A model generated the notes under the pieces. It was given only the letters and a program-made list of their open reading frames with translations. It made no database searches and had not been told where the DNA came from. From Cyanidioschyzon merolae (lineage: Eukaryota), in NCBI GenBank assembly GCA_000091205.1, contig AP006499.2: a stretch of DNA of 64,000 nucleotides. One strand, written 5' to 3'. Position numbers and translations under genes: made by a program. Below, in pieces: positions 1 through 9,904 of the stretch. Each line of letters opens with the position of its first letter. Positions within the stretch are counted from its first letter, which is position 1.

Positions 1-761
1 AACAGCTGCATCCAGGAACCGTACCAGTTATCGTTGCCGCCCGCAAGTTCAGCCGCGTCACACAAGAGTCCCATAAGCAGCATGCGCCACAACGCCTGAT
101 GCATCGTTCTGTTCGGAAAGATGCGTTCAACTCTTTGGCTCGCTGCTCGGCACTTGGGCAACATGCAGCGGCTGCTTCACGATGACGCCAGTGACAGGCC
201 CAAGTACGGAGCAACCTTTTTGACTCGTTGCTCGTGGCGCTCGCGCTCGCAACCAGGCATCATGCCTGGTGACAAACCAGCGCCAACGTAGAAGCACGCG
301 CGCGGATTAGACGCTGTAAAATAGGTTAGATTCTGAAACTTGTTGTCTCCGAACGTAGCAGAACGCTCTTCAGAACGTGAAAACATACGTAAACGTGCCT
401 CTGCCGGTGTCGGGTGCAGCGGGCTTCAGCGTATGGACAGATACGAACGTACTGACAGAACTTAACTTGCTCGTTTGTTCGGTTTCTCTCTGTTGTGCTA
501 CTTCCAAGAGGCGTTTCGAGGAAGGTGCCCCAGTGCACCGGAAGTTTCGAAAGAGCAAGACTGGTTCATTCAAGGGCACTGAAGGGTTTTTTCTCTTTAG
601 CTCTCTTTGGCAGAGTGCTTGCTTCCGACGAGTTCACCAGGGGGCACGAGTCAGCGCTTTTACAGCGCTGGTCCGCCTGGCTTGACTGAAGTAGGTTGAA
701 CACACTCTCGCCACTGTGCCAAGCCGAACTTTCGTTCCCCGAACCCAGGCAGTGCGGGGCA

Positions 762-1034
762 ATGACTGCGACTGGTTTCGCAGAGGCAGTGAAGCCCACA
801 AACCTTCTGAGCGCGCTCCAGGGAAACAGGGTGTCCGTGCGCCTCAAATGGGACCTGGAGTACACCGGCCTCCTCGCATCGTATGACTCGTACTTCAACC
901 TGGAGCTGGAGCATGCGGAGGAGCTTCAGCCGGACGGCTCAAGCCTTCCGCTAGGCGACATGATCATTCGCTGTAATAACGTTCTTTATATCCGCGACCT
1001 TCGATCCACAGTGCCGGTCCCGCCTCTATCTTGA
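762..1034 (+). CDS. SmF: Small nuclear ribonucleoprotein Sm F (Sm fold)
   Basis: ATG at 762 within ORF 696..1034. 'VSVRLKWDLEYTGLLASYDSYFNLELEHAEE...IRCNNVLYIR' aligns almost residue-for-residue with human SmF ('[26 protein letters not shown]...IRCNNVLYIR'). Confidence 0.85.
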   Translation: MTATGFAEAVKPTNLLSALQGNRVSVRLKWDLEYTGLLASYDSYFNLELEHAEELQPDGSSLPLGDMIIRCNNVLYIRDLRSTVPVPPLS

Positions 1035-1187
1035 TCAGCATTCTTTCGGATCCATTCCGAACGTTTGCGATGCAGCAGTTTGTCGCCGTATTCCGAGCAG
1101 TTACCGCAGGGCTGAACCCCAGGGATGCACAGATCGAGGGATACTCCCTTGCAAATCATTCAATCCACAGACGCATCCGTCTCGGGG

Positions 1188-2084
1188 TTATACGCTTACG
1201 GTTTCCTTCGCTTGATACGCCCTTACGATATCGAGGAAAGTGGGTTTCAGACTCGCCCCACCGACCAGAAAACCATCGACGTCAGGCTGCGCAGCAAGTT
1301 CAAGACAGTTTTCCGGGGTGACCGAGCCACCGTAGAGAATTCGCATCTGTGACGCACAGGCTTCGCTGACCTGCCGACGAATCCAGCTGCGGATTTCCGA
1401 GTGGGCCTCTTGTGCCTGAGCCGCCGTCGCAACCTTGCCAGTTCCAATGGCCCAGACAGGCTCGTACGCAATAACCACTTTGGCCCAGTCGTCGGCGCTG
1501 AGATGTGCCCTTACCGCCGAGAGCTGCCGCTCATTGACCTCCCGGGTGCGGCCGGCTTCGCGCTCCTCTAAGAGTTCCCCTATGCACAGAATCACGTGCA
1601 CGCCTTTGTCGATAGCGTATTTTGTTTTGCGACCAATGACGTCATCGCTTTCCCGTATTTCCGGTAAATGACGCCTCTCCGAATGCCCTAGAATCACGTG
1701 ACTAAGCCCGATATCCCGGATCATTTCGACCGCAACCTCACCGGTGAACGCTCCCGGTTTTCCGACCCAGCAGTTCTGCAGTGCTACCCCGAAATCAGGC
1801 CGCAAAATCGATCTCGTCAACATGGCATAAACCGATGGCGGTGCGACAACGACTTCGACCCTGTTAAAGTCGATGTTTTTCCCAGCGTTGAACGCTTCGC
1901 ACAGCTCCTGGACGGACTGCTTCGAACCGTTGCATTTCCAGTTGCCACCCACGAAGAACTTCCGGGCGCTTTGGGCGGACATGAATAGACGTGTACGTGC
2001 TGTTCTTACGATGCGCAAGCGCTGTGCGTAGCTCTCCGCCTTGCTACTGACTGCGCGGCTTGGCACACCGAGCGTCACAAACAT
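1188..2084 (-). CDS. TPI: Triosephosphate isomerase with ~34 aa N-terminal S/T/R-rich extension (probable organellar transit peptide)
   Basis: ATG at 2084. The ORF contains 'FFVGGNWKCNG', 'AYEPVWAIGTGK', 'ILYGGSV' and 'GFLVGGASLKP', the canonical TIM motifs. A second in-frame ATG at 1982 starts the mature-like sequence 'MSAQSARKFFVGGNWK'. Confidence 0.9.
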   Translation of the reverse strand: MFVTLGVPSRAVSSKAESYAQRLRIVRTARTRLFMSAQSARKFFVGGNWKCNGSKQSVQELCEAFNAGKNIDFNRVEVVVAPPSVYAMLTRSILRPDFGVALQNCWVGKPGAFTGEVAVEMIRDIGLSHVILGHSERRHLPEIRESDDVIGRKTKYAIDKGVHVILCIGELLEEREAGRTREVNERQLSAVRAHLSADDWAKVVIAYEPVWAIGTGKVATAAQAQEAHSEIRSWIRRQVSEACASQMRILYGGSVTPENCLELAAQPDVDGFLVGGASLKPTFLDIVRAYQAKETVSV

Positions 2085-3954
2085 GTTTGGAGTACGAACC
2101 CGTCGTTGCTGGCCACTGATGCAGCCGATGAGCGCAAGTCGCCGAGACTATCCACGGTGTCCAGTAATGTGCGTGTTTATACATTTTTTTCTTGATCGCC
2201 TTTCGAGGCAGCGCATACGACGCGCTCGCCCCGTTCATGCCAGCGGTGACGCACGCTACGCTGGAAGCGATCGCTGCGATGACTACATTCCAAGTCCGAG
2301 ACCCTTTTCCACGCATACCGAAGAGACAGTAAACTTTAGCAGCGTATTGTGTGAGATGTGTCATGCAGCTGCCGAATGCCATTCCGTGAATGGCCTCAAA
2401 TGGCGGAGGATTTGTTATTCGAACGGAATCGATTGTTTCACGCGAGATGTTCGGTGAGCTTTCAGCACGGTTTTTGTGGATCGAGTTGCGAACGGCCGTT
2501 GCCAAGTATTATCGTCCGTGAATCCAGCGCAATGAATCGCTTCGTCAAAGCGTTGATTGAACCTGAAAGACCGAAACCCTGCAAGAATACCGTGTACGCA
2601 TATACTATAAATAGCGATAGAGGAAGAACGGAGGCTCGTACGTATGCATCAGATAAAGGTATCCGTTAGTTTACAAAAACCTATTTGATTGCGCCGCAGA
2701 TCTGCTTTACTCCGGTGATGGCACGAGTGCCAGCGGCGAACTGGTCAAAGCAGTTGCCCCGAACAGGCGGCCGAGAACTCTCCAACTGCGTATGAATCGA
2801 CAAGTCCCTAATGCTCCATTTCAGAACCTCGAGGCTGTATGCCTGGGAAACCTTCGAAAGAATCTCAGAGCTGGAACAGATGGCAACGTTTCTTGTTTAA
2901 TTGTTATCGGACACGACAAAGGCGGTCACCAGAAGCGTACAACTCGGAGTTGGTTCATCCCCGGTGCAGTGTATAGCAGGAGATCGACATCACGATGCAA
3001 CGCTTTGTATAGATCGTGGATGAATTACGTGCTGGACATTAATTCCTTACTGAACATTGTAAGAGAGACCGCATTCCTCCCTCAGGTCAGTCATACAACA
3101 GTGCTCAGATGGTTGCGGAATAACGGAATAAACATGTATGTGCAGTCCACGCAAAGAACTGATGTTCCTTAAGTGTGCTTGCAGTCAATGGTAGAAAACG
3201 ACCAATAGATCACGCTCTAAAAAGCAAAAGTGACGCTGATAGCCGCCGCGGGCGTCTCTGCTTCTCAATAGCTTGAGCGTGTTGACCAAAAAACATGGGG
3301 ATGCAGTCGCCAAGGAGAGTGCTAGTTCATGCACTGCCGTCTTGTACCGAAATAGCAACGACAGAGTTCCTAGAACGTCGGGATCCGTACGAAGCACTGG
3401 AACCTCGAGTTGCTTTTTTAAGGTGATAAGACTTCCTCTTGACGAAACGGTCAGAGCGTGTACGGGTATTCGCGGAGCAGGGAGCACGATGTATGCACTA
3501 CCGAACTTTAAGAGAACGAGGACACTATCTGTTCTAGCTGGAGTGGATTCTTTTCGCGGCCTCAGTTCCGCTAGTAGACAAGGTTCATACAATAGCTCCA
3601 AACACTGTATCGAATCATTGAAGACTTTACCCTGACGTCTGGCGACGTCCGCCCATTGGACAAAGTGGCATTTTCCAATTTCCCTAGCGGTCGGGCTTTC
3701 GCCGATTTTATCGGGGCAGAGCTGATTTTCATTCCTACGTGCATTCCGTGGTTCAGCCACATCGAAGGAGTGTTTTTACCCTGAAACGTCATGATAGTTT
3801 CAAGTGCGAATCCCTGAAGCGTTCAGCACATGGTGACACACCGGGTACATTTTATCTGTCTTGCGCAAATCCTTCTCCCTCTGAGAAAGTCCTCACCAAG
3901 GGGCATCAAGAATTGCGTTCATCTAAAGAAATAAACCATCCAACGGATGAGCTG

Positions 3955-4345
3955 AAGTGTGCACTTCAGAAGGTCGAGATGCAACGAAGGCAGCGGAGCG
4001 CTCCGGCGATCGAAAAGCACAGAGCGCCGCTAGAGCGCTAAATGCCACAGAGGGCGCGATTTCAAGGACTTCTGCTACTGATGCGTTCCATCGTCGTCAA
4101 TAAACGCGTGGAGTTCGTGAACCGAGACTCCAACGCTGCCATCCATATCAGAAGATATGCAGTGCTGAGGACGAGACCCAAGGAACTGACGAGAGCCAAC
4201 TTTATGGGGCAACCTCTCAGTGTCAAAGTGTACAAGGGCAAGCTGAACCCCCACAGCAGGGGGCCGGTCAAAAACGCCTGGGAAGCGTCTGCACGTGGGT
4301 ATTCATTTACTCTGTATGGCCGCGAAACGTTTCCGCTTCCTTGAC
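3955..4345 (+). mobile_element. TnpB/Fanzor-like transposon relic, locus A (3'-terminal fragment)
   Basis: Translation 'VEFVNRDSNAAIHIRRYAVLRTRPKELTRANFMGQPL' is a degenerate RuvC-III motif. Nucleotide homology to loci B and C runs from ~3955 ('gtgtgcacttcagaaggtcgag') through the shared non-coding tail 'ggccggtcaaaaacgcctgggaagcgtctgcacgtggg'. It sits in an AT-richer gene-free stretch (2100-4500). Confidence 0.45.
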
Positions 4346-4527
4346 TGTGGAAGCGAAATCCGTGGTGACTTTCACAGCATTTTGGCGCGCTTTCGAGCAG
4401 CGCGCGCCAGATCCGCCGATGATCGCTGTGTTGCGCCTGGCGAGCAGCTCCGCGTGGCAAGACAGCGAGTTGTGTCGCGCGGCTGCTGCGCTTATCCAAG
4501 CCTGGGTTTCTTTGAACATAGTGCTCA

Positions 4528-7227
4528 ATGAGCAGCGTATTTGAATGCCATACTGAAATTGAGACAGAATGTGTTCATGACGAATCCTATGGAACCTTCC
4601 GCGAACCTCTAGTCTATCGCAGTCAAAGACTATCAACGCAGACGCTACGCGAGAAGCTAGCCTTGTTGGAGCGGCGGCTCAATCCACGCCCCTGGGATGC
4701 GCGTACTGCCCAGAGCGAAGTGCTTCTAGTCAACAAAAAACCTCGCTTTTGTGTGGAGGGTTTTGAAAGGCTTTCTGGGAACTACTCTGGAGAAGAACTG
4801 GTGACAGCAGGAGCTGGTGCGCCGGCGGACTCTGCCGCGAAGCTCGCGACGCCAGAAGCGGAAACCTGGGTGTATTGCGCCAAAGCCGCTGCAGATGGTT
4901 GCGGCTCTTCGGTGTGTCGCCCAGGACAGAGTGATTCCAAGTCAGGTAGTGAAACTCGGCGAACTCCGATACCGCGTGGCGAACGAGTGCCTGGGAAAGT
5001 CGATGTCGTAGCAGCGGCGACGATAACGTCAGGGGCCGCAGAATGCGCGGATGCCTCGAGTGTAGATGCGAGCGGGAAACACACAGACCAGCTGCATCCT
5101 GGTCAATCTTCGTCATGTACGGACAACAGGTTCCAGGCGGAGATTCACGACCGTACTCCAGAACATAGAAACGAGAACGATCTGCGCTGCCCTGAGAGCT
5201 GTCACCGCCGCGGGTGTGAAGCTGGCGCAACGCCACCGCCCGGTTCGCAGTCAACGAGTCCCGGCAACTCTTGCAGCGTTGCGGAGACTATTCTAACCGT
5301 CTCGCGATTCGAAGGTAGAAGTGGATGCCAGACAGAGCTCGGCTCGCAGACACCGTCGCAGACTCCAGCAGCAACCGTCGATCGTAGCAGTTCGCCGGTA
5401 GCTTCCAACAGCGGGGAGAGAAGCTGTCGAAGCGAGCCGGCTCGCCATGCGCAAGAGTGGACGACCCCTGCCGCGGTCGCGGGTCAAAGCACCATGAATA
5501 GGCCCCGAAAGAGAAAAGCGCGCGTGCCTGCTGCGGAGGAGAACAACGGCCTCACACTGGATCAGTTTTTTTCGCGAGCGGAGAAAATGACGCCAAGTGC
5601 ATCGGCCGGAGCCTGCACGTTTGAGATGGATTCCATTGAGAGCGGGAGCAGCAGGGTGAGCGCTGCGGATGACGCTCCTGGATCGCAGAGCATCGCGGGT
5701 CAGCAGGACGCGCGGCTTGTCAAAGCCACCGCCTCTGTGGAAGAAATCCACAACCAGTATGTGCTCCAAATCGAAGGGCTCTCCACACAGCTCGAGGAGC
5801 TACGTGCTGTGGCGTTCGAGCTCGAGTCTACACAGGAACGCCTCTCCCAAGTAGAACGCACCGCCGGTGCACTCCGAAATGCGCTGATGGATGCCCTGCG
5901 GGAGCAAGGCCGACTCGAGCGAGGGCTGAACGCCCGGCTAGTCGCTGAAAAGTGTCAGAGGTTAGGGCAACCAGTTATTGCTCGCAGCGGCACTGCCCTG
6001 CAAGAAGTGTGGGAGGACGGATCTGAGTTTCAGCGTCTGAGTGAGCGTCAAAACGTCATCGCCGCGGAGCGAGAATCCATCGAGAGGTCACGGAAAGAGC
6101 TTAGCAGACTGCGCCGCCCCGCTCCTGGTCAAAATGATGCCACTGCAGATGCCCCGCAATGGCTGTCTATGTACATCGCAGAACAAGAAGAGATCTTTCG
6201 CGTGCGAATTCAGCTTCTGAAACGAGATGAAGCCGCTCTCGCCGAAGAGAGAGCGAAACTGGAATGCGAACGCGCAATGCTTCTGCGTGAACTGAAACGC
6301 GTTCGCGATGAGAGTGCCTCTCGATTCCGAGAATTTCCACTGCTTGCCGATCGGTATCTTCTTCTCCGCTTGCTCGGTCGCGGTGGCTTTTCTGAAGTCT
6401 GGAAAGCCTACGATATCGAGCAGGCCCGGTATGTCGCATGCAAAATCCACCAGCTCCACGCCTATTGGAGTGAATCGCGGAAGAGCAACTACATCAAGCA
6501 CGCTACCCGCGAGTATCGAATCCATGCGACGCTCAAACATCCCCGTATCGTGAGCTTGTACGATGTGTTTGAGATCGACGACCACACCTTTTGCACAGTA
6601 CTCGAGTACTGCGGTGAGGCCTGTGACCTCGACACCTATCTCCGGATGAACCATCACGTATCGGAGCGCGAGGCCAAGTCCATCATTGCACAGGTGTTGA
6701 GCGCTCTCCTCTATTTGAACTCACAACCCAAACGGATCATTCACTACGATCTCAAGCCTGGTAACATTCTGTACACAAACGGAGAGGTCCGCATCACGGA
6801 CTTTGGCCTCAGCAAGATCATGGACGAGAACCTGAACACCATGGATGGAATGGAACTAACTTCGCAAGGCGCTGGCACCTACTGGTACTTGCCCCCAGAG
6901 TGCTTTGAGGGCATCTCTGCTACGAGCGGCGCCACGGGTCCTCGAATCAGCAACAAGGTGGACGTCTGGAGTTGCGGTATCATCCTGTACCAGCTTCTTT
7001 ACGGTGTCAAGCCATTCGGAAACGACCTTTCCCAGGAACGAATTCTGCGTGATGGCACGATCCTCAAAGCGTCGGATCGAGACCTCTTCTTTCCGGCAAA
7101 GCCAGCGGTATCCACGGAGGCCAAAGATTTTATCCGTCTATGTCTCACGCGAAATCAAATGGATCGACCCGATATTCGCTCTATTGCGATGCACCACTAT
7201 CTTCGAGGGACTATAACGATGTCCTAA
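4528..7227 (+). CDS. TLK: Tousled-like serine/threonine protein kinase (C-terminal kinase domain, long low-complexity N-terminus with coiled coil)
   Basis: ATG at 4528, 899 aa. Kinase domain 'YLLLRLLGRGGFSEVWKAYD...HYDLKPGNIL...ITDFGLSKIM...GTYWYLPPECF' matches the TLK family ('LLGRGGFSEVYKAFD', 'HYDLKPGNILL', 'DFGLSKIM'). A preceding coiled-coil region is typical of TLKs. Confidence 0.85.
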   Translation: MSSVFECHTEIETECVHDESYGTFREPLVYRSQRLSTQTLREKLALLERRLNPRPWDARTAQSEVLLVNKKPRFCVEGFERLSGNYSGEELVTAGAGAPADSAAKLATPEAETWVYCAKAAADGCGSSVCRPGQSDSKSGSETRRTPIPRGERVPGKVDVVAAATITSGAAECADASSVDASGKHTDQLHPGQSSSCTDNRFQAEIHDRTPEHRNENDLRCPESCHRRGCEAGATPPPGSQSTSPGNSCSVAETILTVSRFEGRSGCQTELGSQTPSQTPAATVDRSSSPVASNSGERSCRSEPARHAQEWTTPAAVAGQSTMNRPRKRKARVPAAEENNGLTLDQFFSRAEKMTPSASAGACTFEMDSIESGSSRVSAADDAPGSQSIAGQQDARLVKATASVEEIHNQYVLQIEGLSTQLEELRAVAFELESTQERLSQVERTAGALRNALMDALREQGRLERGLNARLVAEKCQRLGQPVIARSGTALQEVWEDGSEFQRLSERQNVIAAERESIERSRKELSRLRRPAPGQNDATADAPQWLSMYIAEQEEIFRVRIQLLKRDEAALAEERAKLECERAMLLRELKRVRDESASRFREFPLLADRYLLLRLLGRGGFSEVWKAYDIEQARYVACKIHQLHAYWSESRKSNYIKHATREYRIHATLKHPRIVSLYDVFEIDDHTFCTVLEYCGEACDLDTYLRMNHHVSEREAKSIIAQVLSALLYLNSQPKRIIHYDLKPGNILYTNGEVRITDFGLSKIMDENLNTMDGMELTSQGAGTYWYLPPECFEGISATSGATGPRISNKVDVWSCGIILYQLLYGVKPFGNDLSQERILRDGTILKASDRDLFFPAKPAVSTEAKDFIRLCLTRNQMDRPDIRSIAMHHYLRGTITMS

Positions 7228-7288
7228 ATGGTCACCCGAAAGCCAGTGGTGTCCTGAATTTCGCCTGCAAACCCATGGAGCTCACAAC

Positions 7289-8209
7289 CTACAGACCCAC
7301 AAGATCGAGATGATTCTTCACAAACGCGAAATCACCCGGGTTCGTGAGCTCAAGCGGCGTGCGAATAGAATTGCACGACAACACCATGAGCTCGATCTGT
7401 GCGTCGTGGAGCAACTCGTTCAACATTGTGGACAGAATGTATTCCTTGTGCGCGTACACGTCGTTCTCGTCAGTGCTACACCGTTTCACGCTCTGCTGCT
7501 GCTGCTGAAGATGATGATCGTCACGCAGTGCCTCCAGCTCGGACAGAAAGCGTCGAAACCGCTCGTCGGCCCGAGCGAAGATGCTCGTATCGTGGAAGCC
7601 GAAAACGTTCATACTCGTGAGCTCGTCGCCAGTATAGCGACCTTCCTCAATATCTTCGAAGCCGATGTTGTACTGTTCGACAATTTCTAAAACTCGGTGT
7701 CGCTCATCTGTCTGAACGATGGCACGGTTAACTCGCCCTTCCTTGGGCAGCACTTCGCGCAACTTGTATCCAGGCATGCACGCGGTTTTCGCCGCCGTAA
7801 TGTGATTGCATACCAGTGACAGAGCTGCCACTCCGTATAAGGAATCACCATTCAGCACTATGAAAGGTCCATGAATATGCTCCCGCGCCGCAAGCAGTGC
7901 GTCCACGGTGCCCAGCGGTCGTTTTCGCCACGCCGGTACCCGTTGCACGCAAAAGTATACTGGGAGCCCATAAAACTGTTCGCCAATGAGGGCGTGAATC
8001 GGTAAGTGTGTAGCCTCCGACACCACGAAAACGAGACTCGATATCGCTGGATAGGCCTCGCAGAGTTGACGAACAGAGAGTTCCAGGAGGGTCTCGCCGT
8101 GGCGACCCACCTCCTGGAGGCACTTGATGCGCCCGCCAAACCGGGAAGAAAGCCCTGCTGCGAGGTACACCGCTTGAATTGTCGGTTTCACCGCTTCATT
8201 CTCCCTCAT
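7289..8209 (-). CDS. Sugar-phosphate nucleotidyltransferase-like protein (GT-A/NTP_transferase fold; IspD/GMPP-like)
   Basis: ATG at 8209. N-terminal 'AVYLAAGLSSRFGGRIKCLQ' resembles the (L)AGG-x-G-x-R-(M/L)-G...K nucleotide-binding motif. 'GTVDAL' and 'LNGDSL' resemble downstream motifs of the family. Confidence 0.55.
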   Translation of the reverse strand: MRENEAVKPTIQAVYLAAGLSSRFGGRIKCLQEVGRHGETLLELSVRQLCEAYPAISSLVFVVSEATHLPIHALIGEQFYGLPVYFCVQRVPAWRKRPLGTVDALLAAREHIHGPFIVLNGDSLYGVAALSLVCNHITAAKTACMPGYKLREVLPKEGRVNRAIVQTDERHRVLEIVEQYNIGFEDIEEGRYTGDELTSMNVFGFHDTSIFARADERFRRFLSELEALRDDHHLQQQQQSVKRCSTDENDVYAHKEYILSTMLNELLHDAQIELMVLSCNSIRTPLELTNPGDFAFVKNHLDLVGL

Positions 8210-8397
8210 GGGATTGTAAAGAATCAGAGTAAACGCTCAACAAGTGGCAGTGCCGACCAGCGTGCCACGTTGTCGCCGCAGGCGCTGGGGCGCGAGAGGT
8301 AAGCACCCGCGGACAACTGGCTAGTCTGCGCTGCGTATCGACGGCCTGAGGAGGTGCGCGCGCGCGCGCCCGCGCCTCTCGGCGGCATTTTGACACG

Positions 8398-8575
8398 ATA
8401 TGCCTGTGATACCTCTGATGCTACTGCCTCTGATGCTATTGCTGATGCTGGTGCCTCTGATACCTCTGATGCTGGTGCCTCTGGTGCATCTGGCGCTGAT
8501 GCCTCTGATGCTGGTGCCTCTGATGCCTCTGACGCTGCTGCCTCTGATCCTAGTGCTGATACTAGTGCTGATGCT
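8398..8575. repeat. Triplet-phased 6/15-bp microsatellite-like array (GATGCT/GGTGCC/TCT units)
   Basis: Visible imperfect reiteration 'gatgctggtgcctct' x ~12. Translates as D/A/S/G/T-rich low complexity on + and L/M/P-rich on another frame. No flanking coding context. Confidence 0.8.
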
Positions 8576-9394
8576 GCGTTTCTCTGGGTGCTGCAGACAC
8601 ACGCGGTGTCGAGAAATCGATGACGCGACCCGCATATCCTTCCCTCGGTTATGGAGTAGATTTGCGATGTGTGTAGCGCTAATGCAGATTTGTAAATTCG
8701 CTCTTAATGCAGATACTTGACAAAAGGGTGGCGCGCTCGCGCTAGAACGCAAGAGCGAAACAAACTCGCACAAGCGCACCTCTGATCTGAGACAACGAGG
8801 CAGTATTACGGGAAGACACTCATGAACAGCGAATCCGCATTCCGAAACGCTTGGCAAACGGATCGCTCTCGCCTAGCACGTGTCATGCACCGTACCTGAA
8901 AGCGATGTTCCTGCTGACTTTTCGTGAGGTGCTCTAGCCGGCCCCGAGCATAGCACTGTTCTCGTGCAGAAAGCAGTGTATGGTGTCTAGCGCGCCCGCT
9001 TCCAGTACCGATCGTGAGCATATGGACTATTCCTGGCATGAGACTCCGAGCCCCAGGCCGCAGTTCCCAGATCAGCGGTCGATATGCAAAACGCTCCGTG
9101 ATTGCTGCCACAATCACTCTGCAGATCACATCTTCGATCATAAGGGAAACGCGCATGAGAGCGCGTCGTTCCCACGGTCCTGAAGCAGCATGCTCCGCCC
9201 GCACATCATAAGGTATCTGTGCTGTGGAGCCGCCAGCACCCCGATGCTGGGGCAGCAGCGCGAACTCGCGGCTTTTGTGGAGTCCGCGCACCCCGAAACA
9301 CGCCTGCAGGGCCATGGGCACGGCAAAAGCAGCCACCGTGTCTGGCAGAAAGCCACAGCACCACTTTCATGGCTTGTCGTGGAGAATTTCGTTT

Positions 9395-9880
9395 CCGGTT
9401 TACAGCAACTCGGAATGAGCGTACAAGGCGTGTGCACCTCGTTTCGCTACGATACTTATAGATGAGTTCCGAACATCGTATACACACCACGAACTGGGGT
9501 GTACACTTCAGAAGGTCGAGCTAGGAAAGTGCCAGCGGAGCCCTGAGGATATAAAAAGCACGGACCGCTGACAGAAGCGCAACTGGAAAGGAGAGCGAAA
9601 GTTCGTGGACTACTTGCATTAGTGAGTACAACCAGTGACGGCAAGAAACGTATGGAGTTTGTGAATCGTGACTTTAACGCCGCTATCAATATCAGGAGGT
9701 GTGCGGTGCTGGAGACGAGACCTCCAGAGTTGACACGAGAGAACTTTATTGGACAACCTCTCAAGTCGAATTATATGAGACAAGATTGGAAGAAGTAGTA
9801 GGTGGCCAGTCGAGAAAAACTGGGAGGCGTCTGCACGTCAGTGGGAGACGTTTCGTATAGGGCGCTGGTCGCCACTACTG
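9395..9880 (+). mobile_element. TnpB/Fanzor-like transposon relic, locus B (3'-terminal ~480 bp)
   Basis: 'MEFVNRDFNAAINIRRCAVLETRPPELTRENFIGQPL' is the RuvC-III D-x-NAAINI-R signature. It is ~80% nt identical to the minus strand of 46418..46900 (locus C), including a near-identical ~60-nt block ('cgatacttatagatgagttccgaacatcgtatacacaccacgaactggggtgtacacttcaga') and the post-stop tail 'taggtggccagtcgagaaaaactgggaggcgtctgcacgtcagtgggagacgtttcgtatagggcgc..gccactac'. Confidence 0.55.
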
Positions 9881-9904
9881 CACACGCCCGTAGTCTTTCT
9901 CACA

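Noticed and set aside
8354-8720. ORFs encoding D/A/S-rich and L/M/P-rich peptides
   Set aside because: These are translations of the 15-bp microsatellite-like array in different frames.
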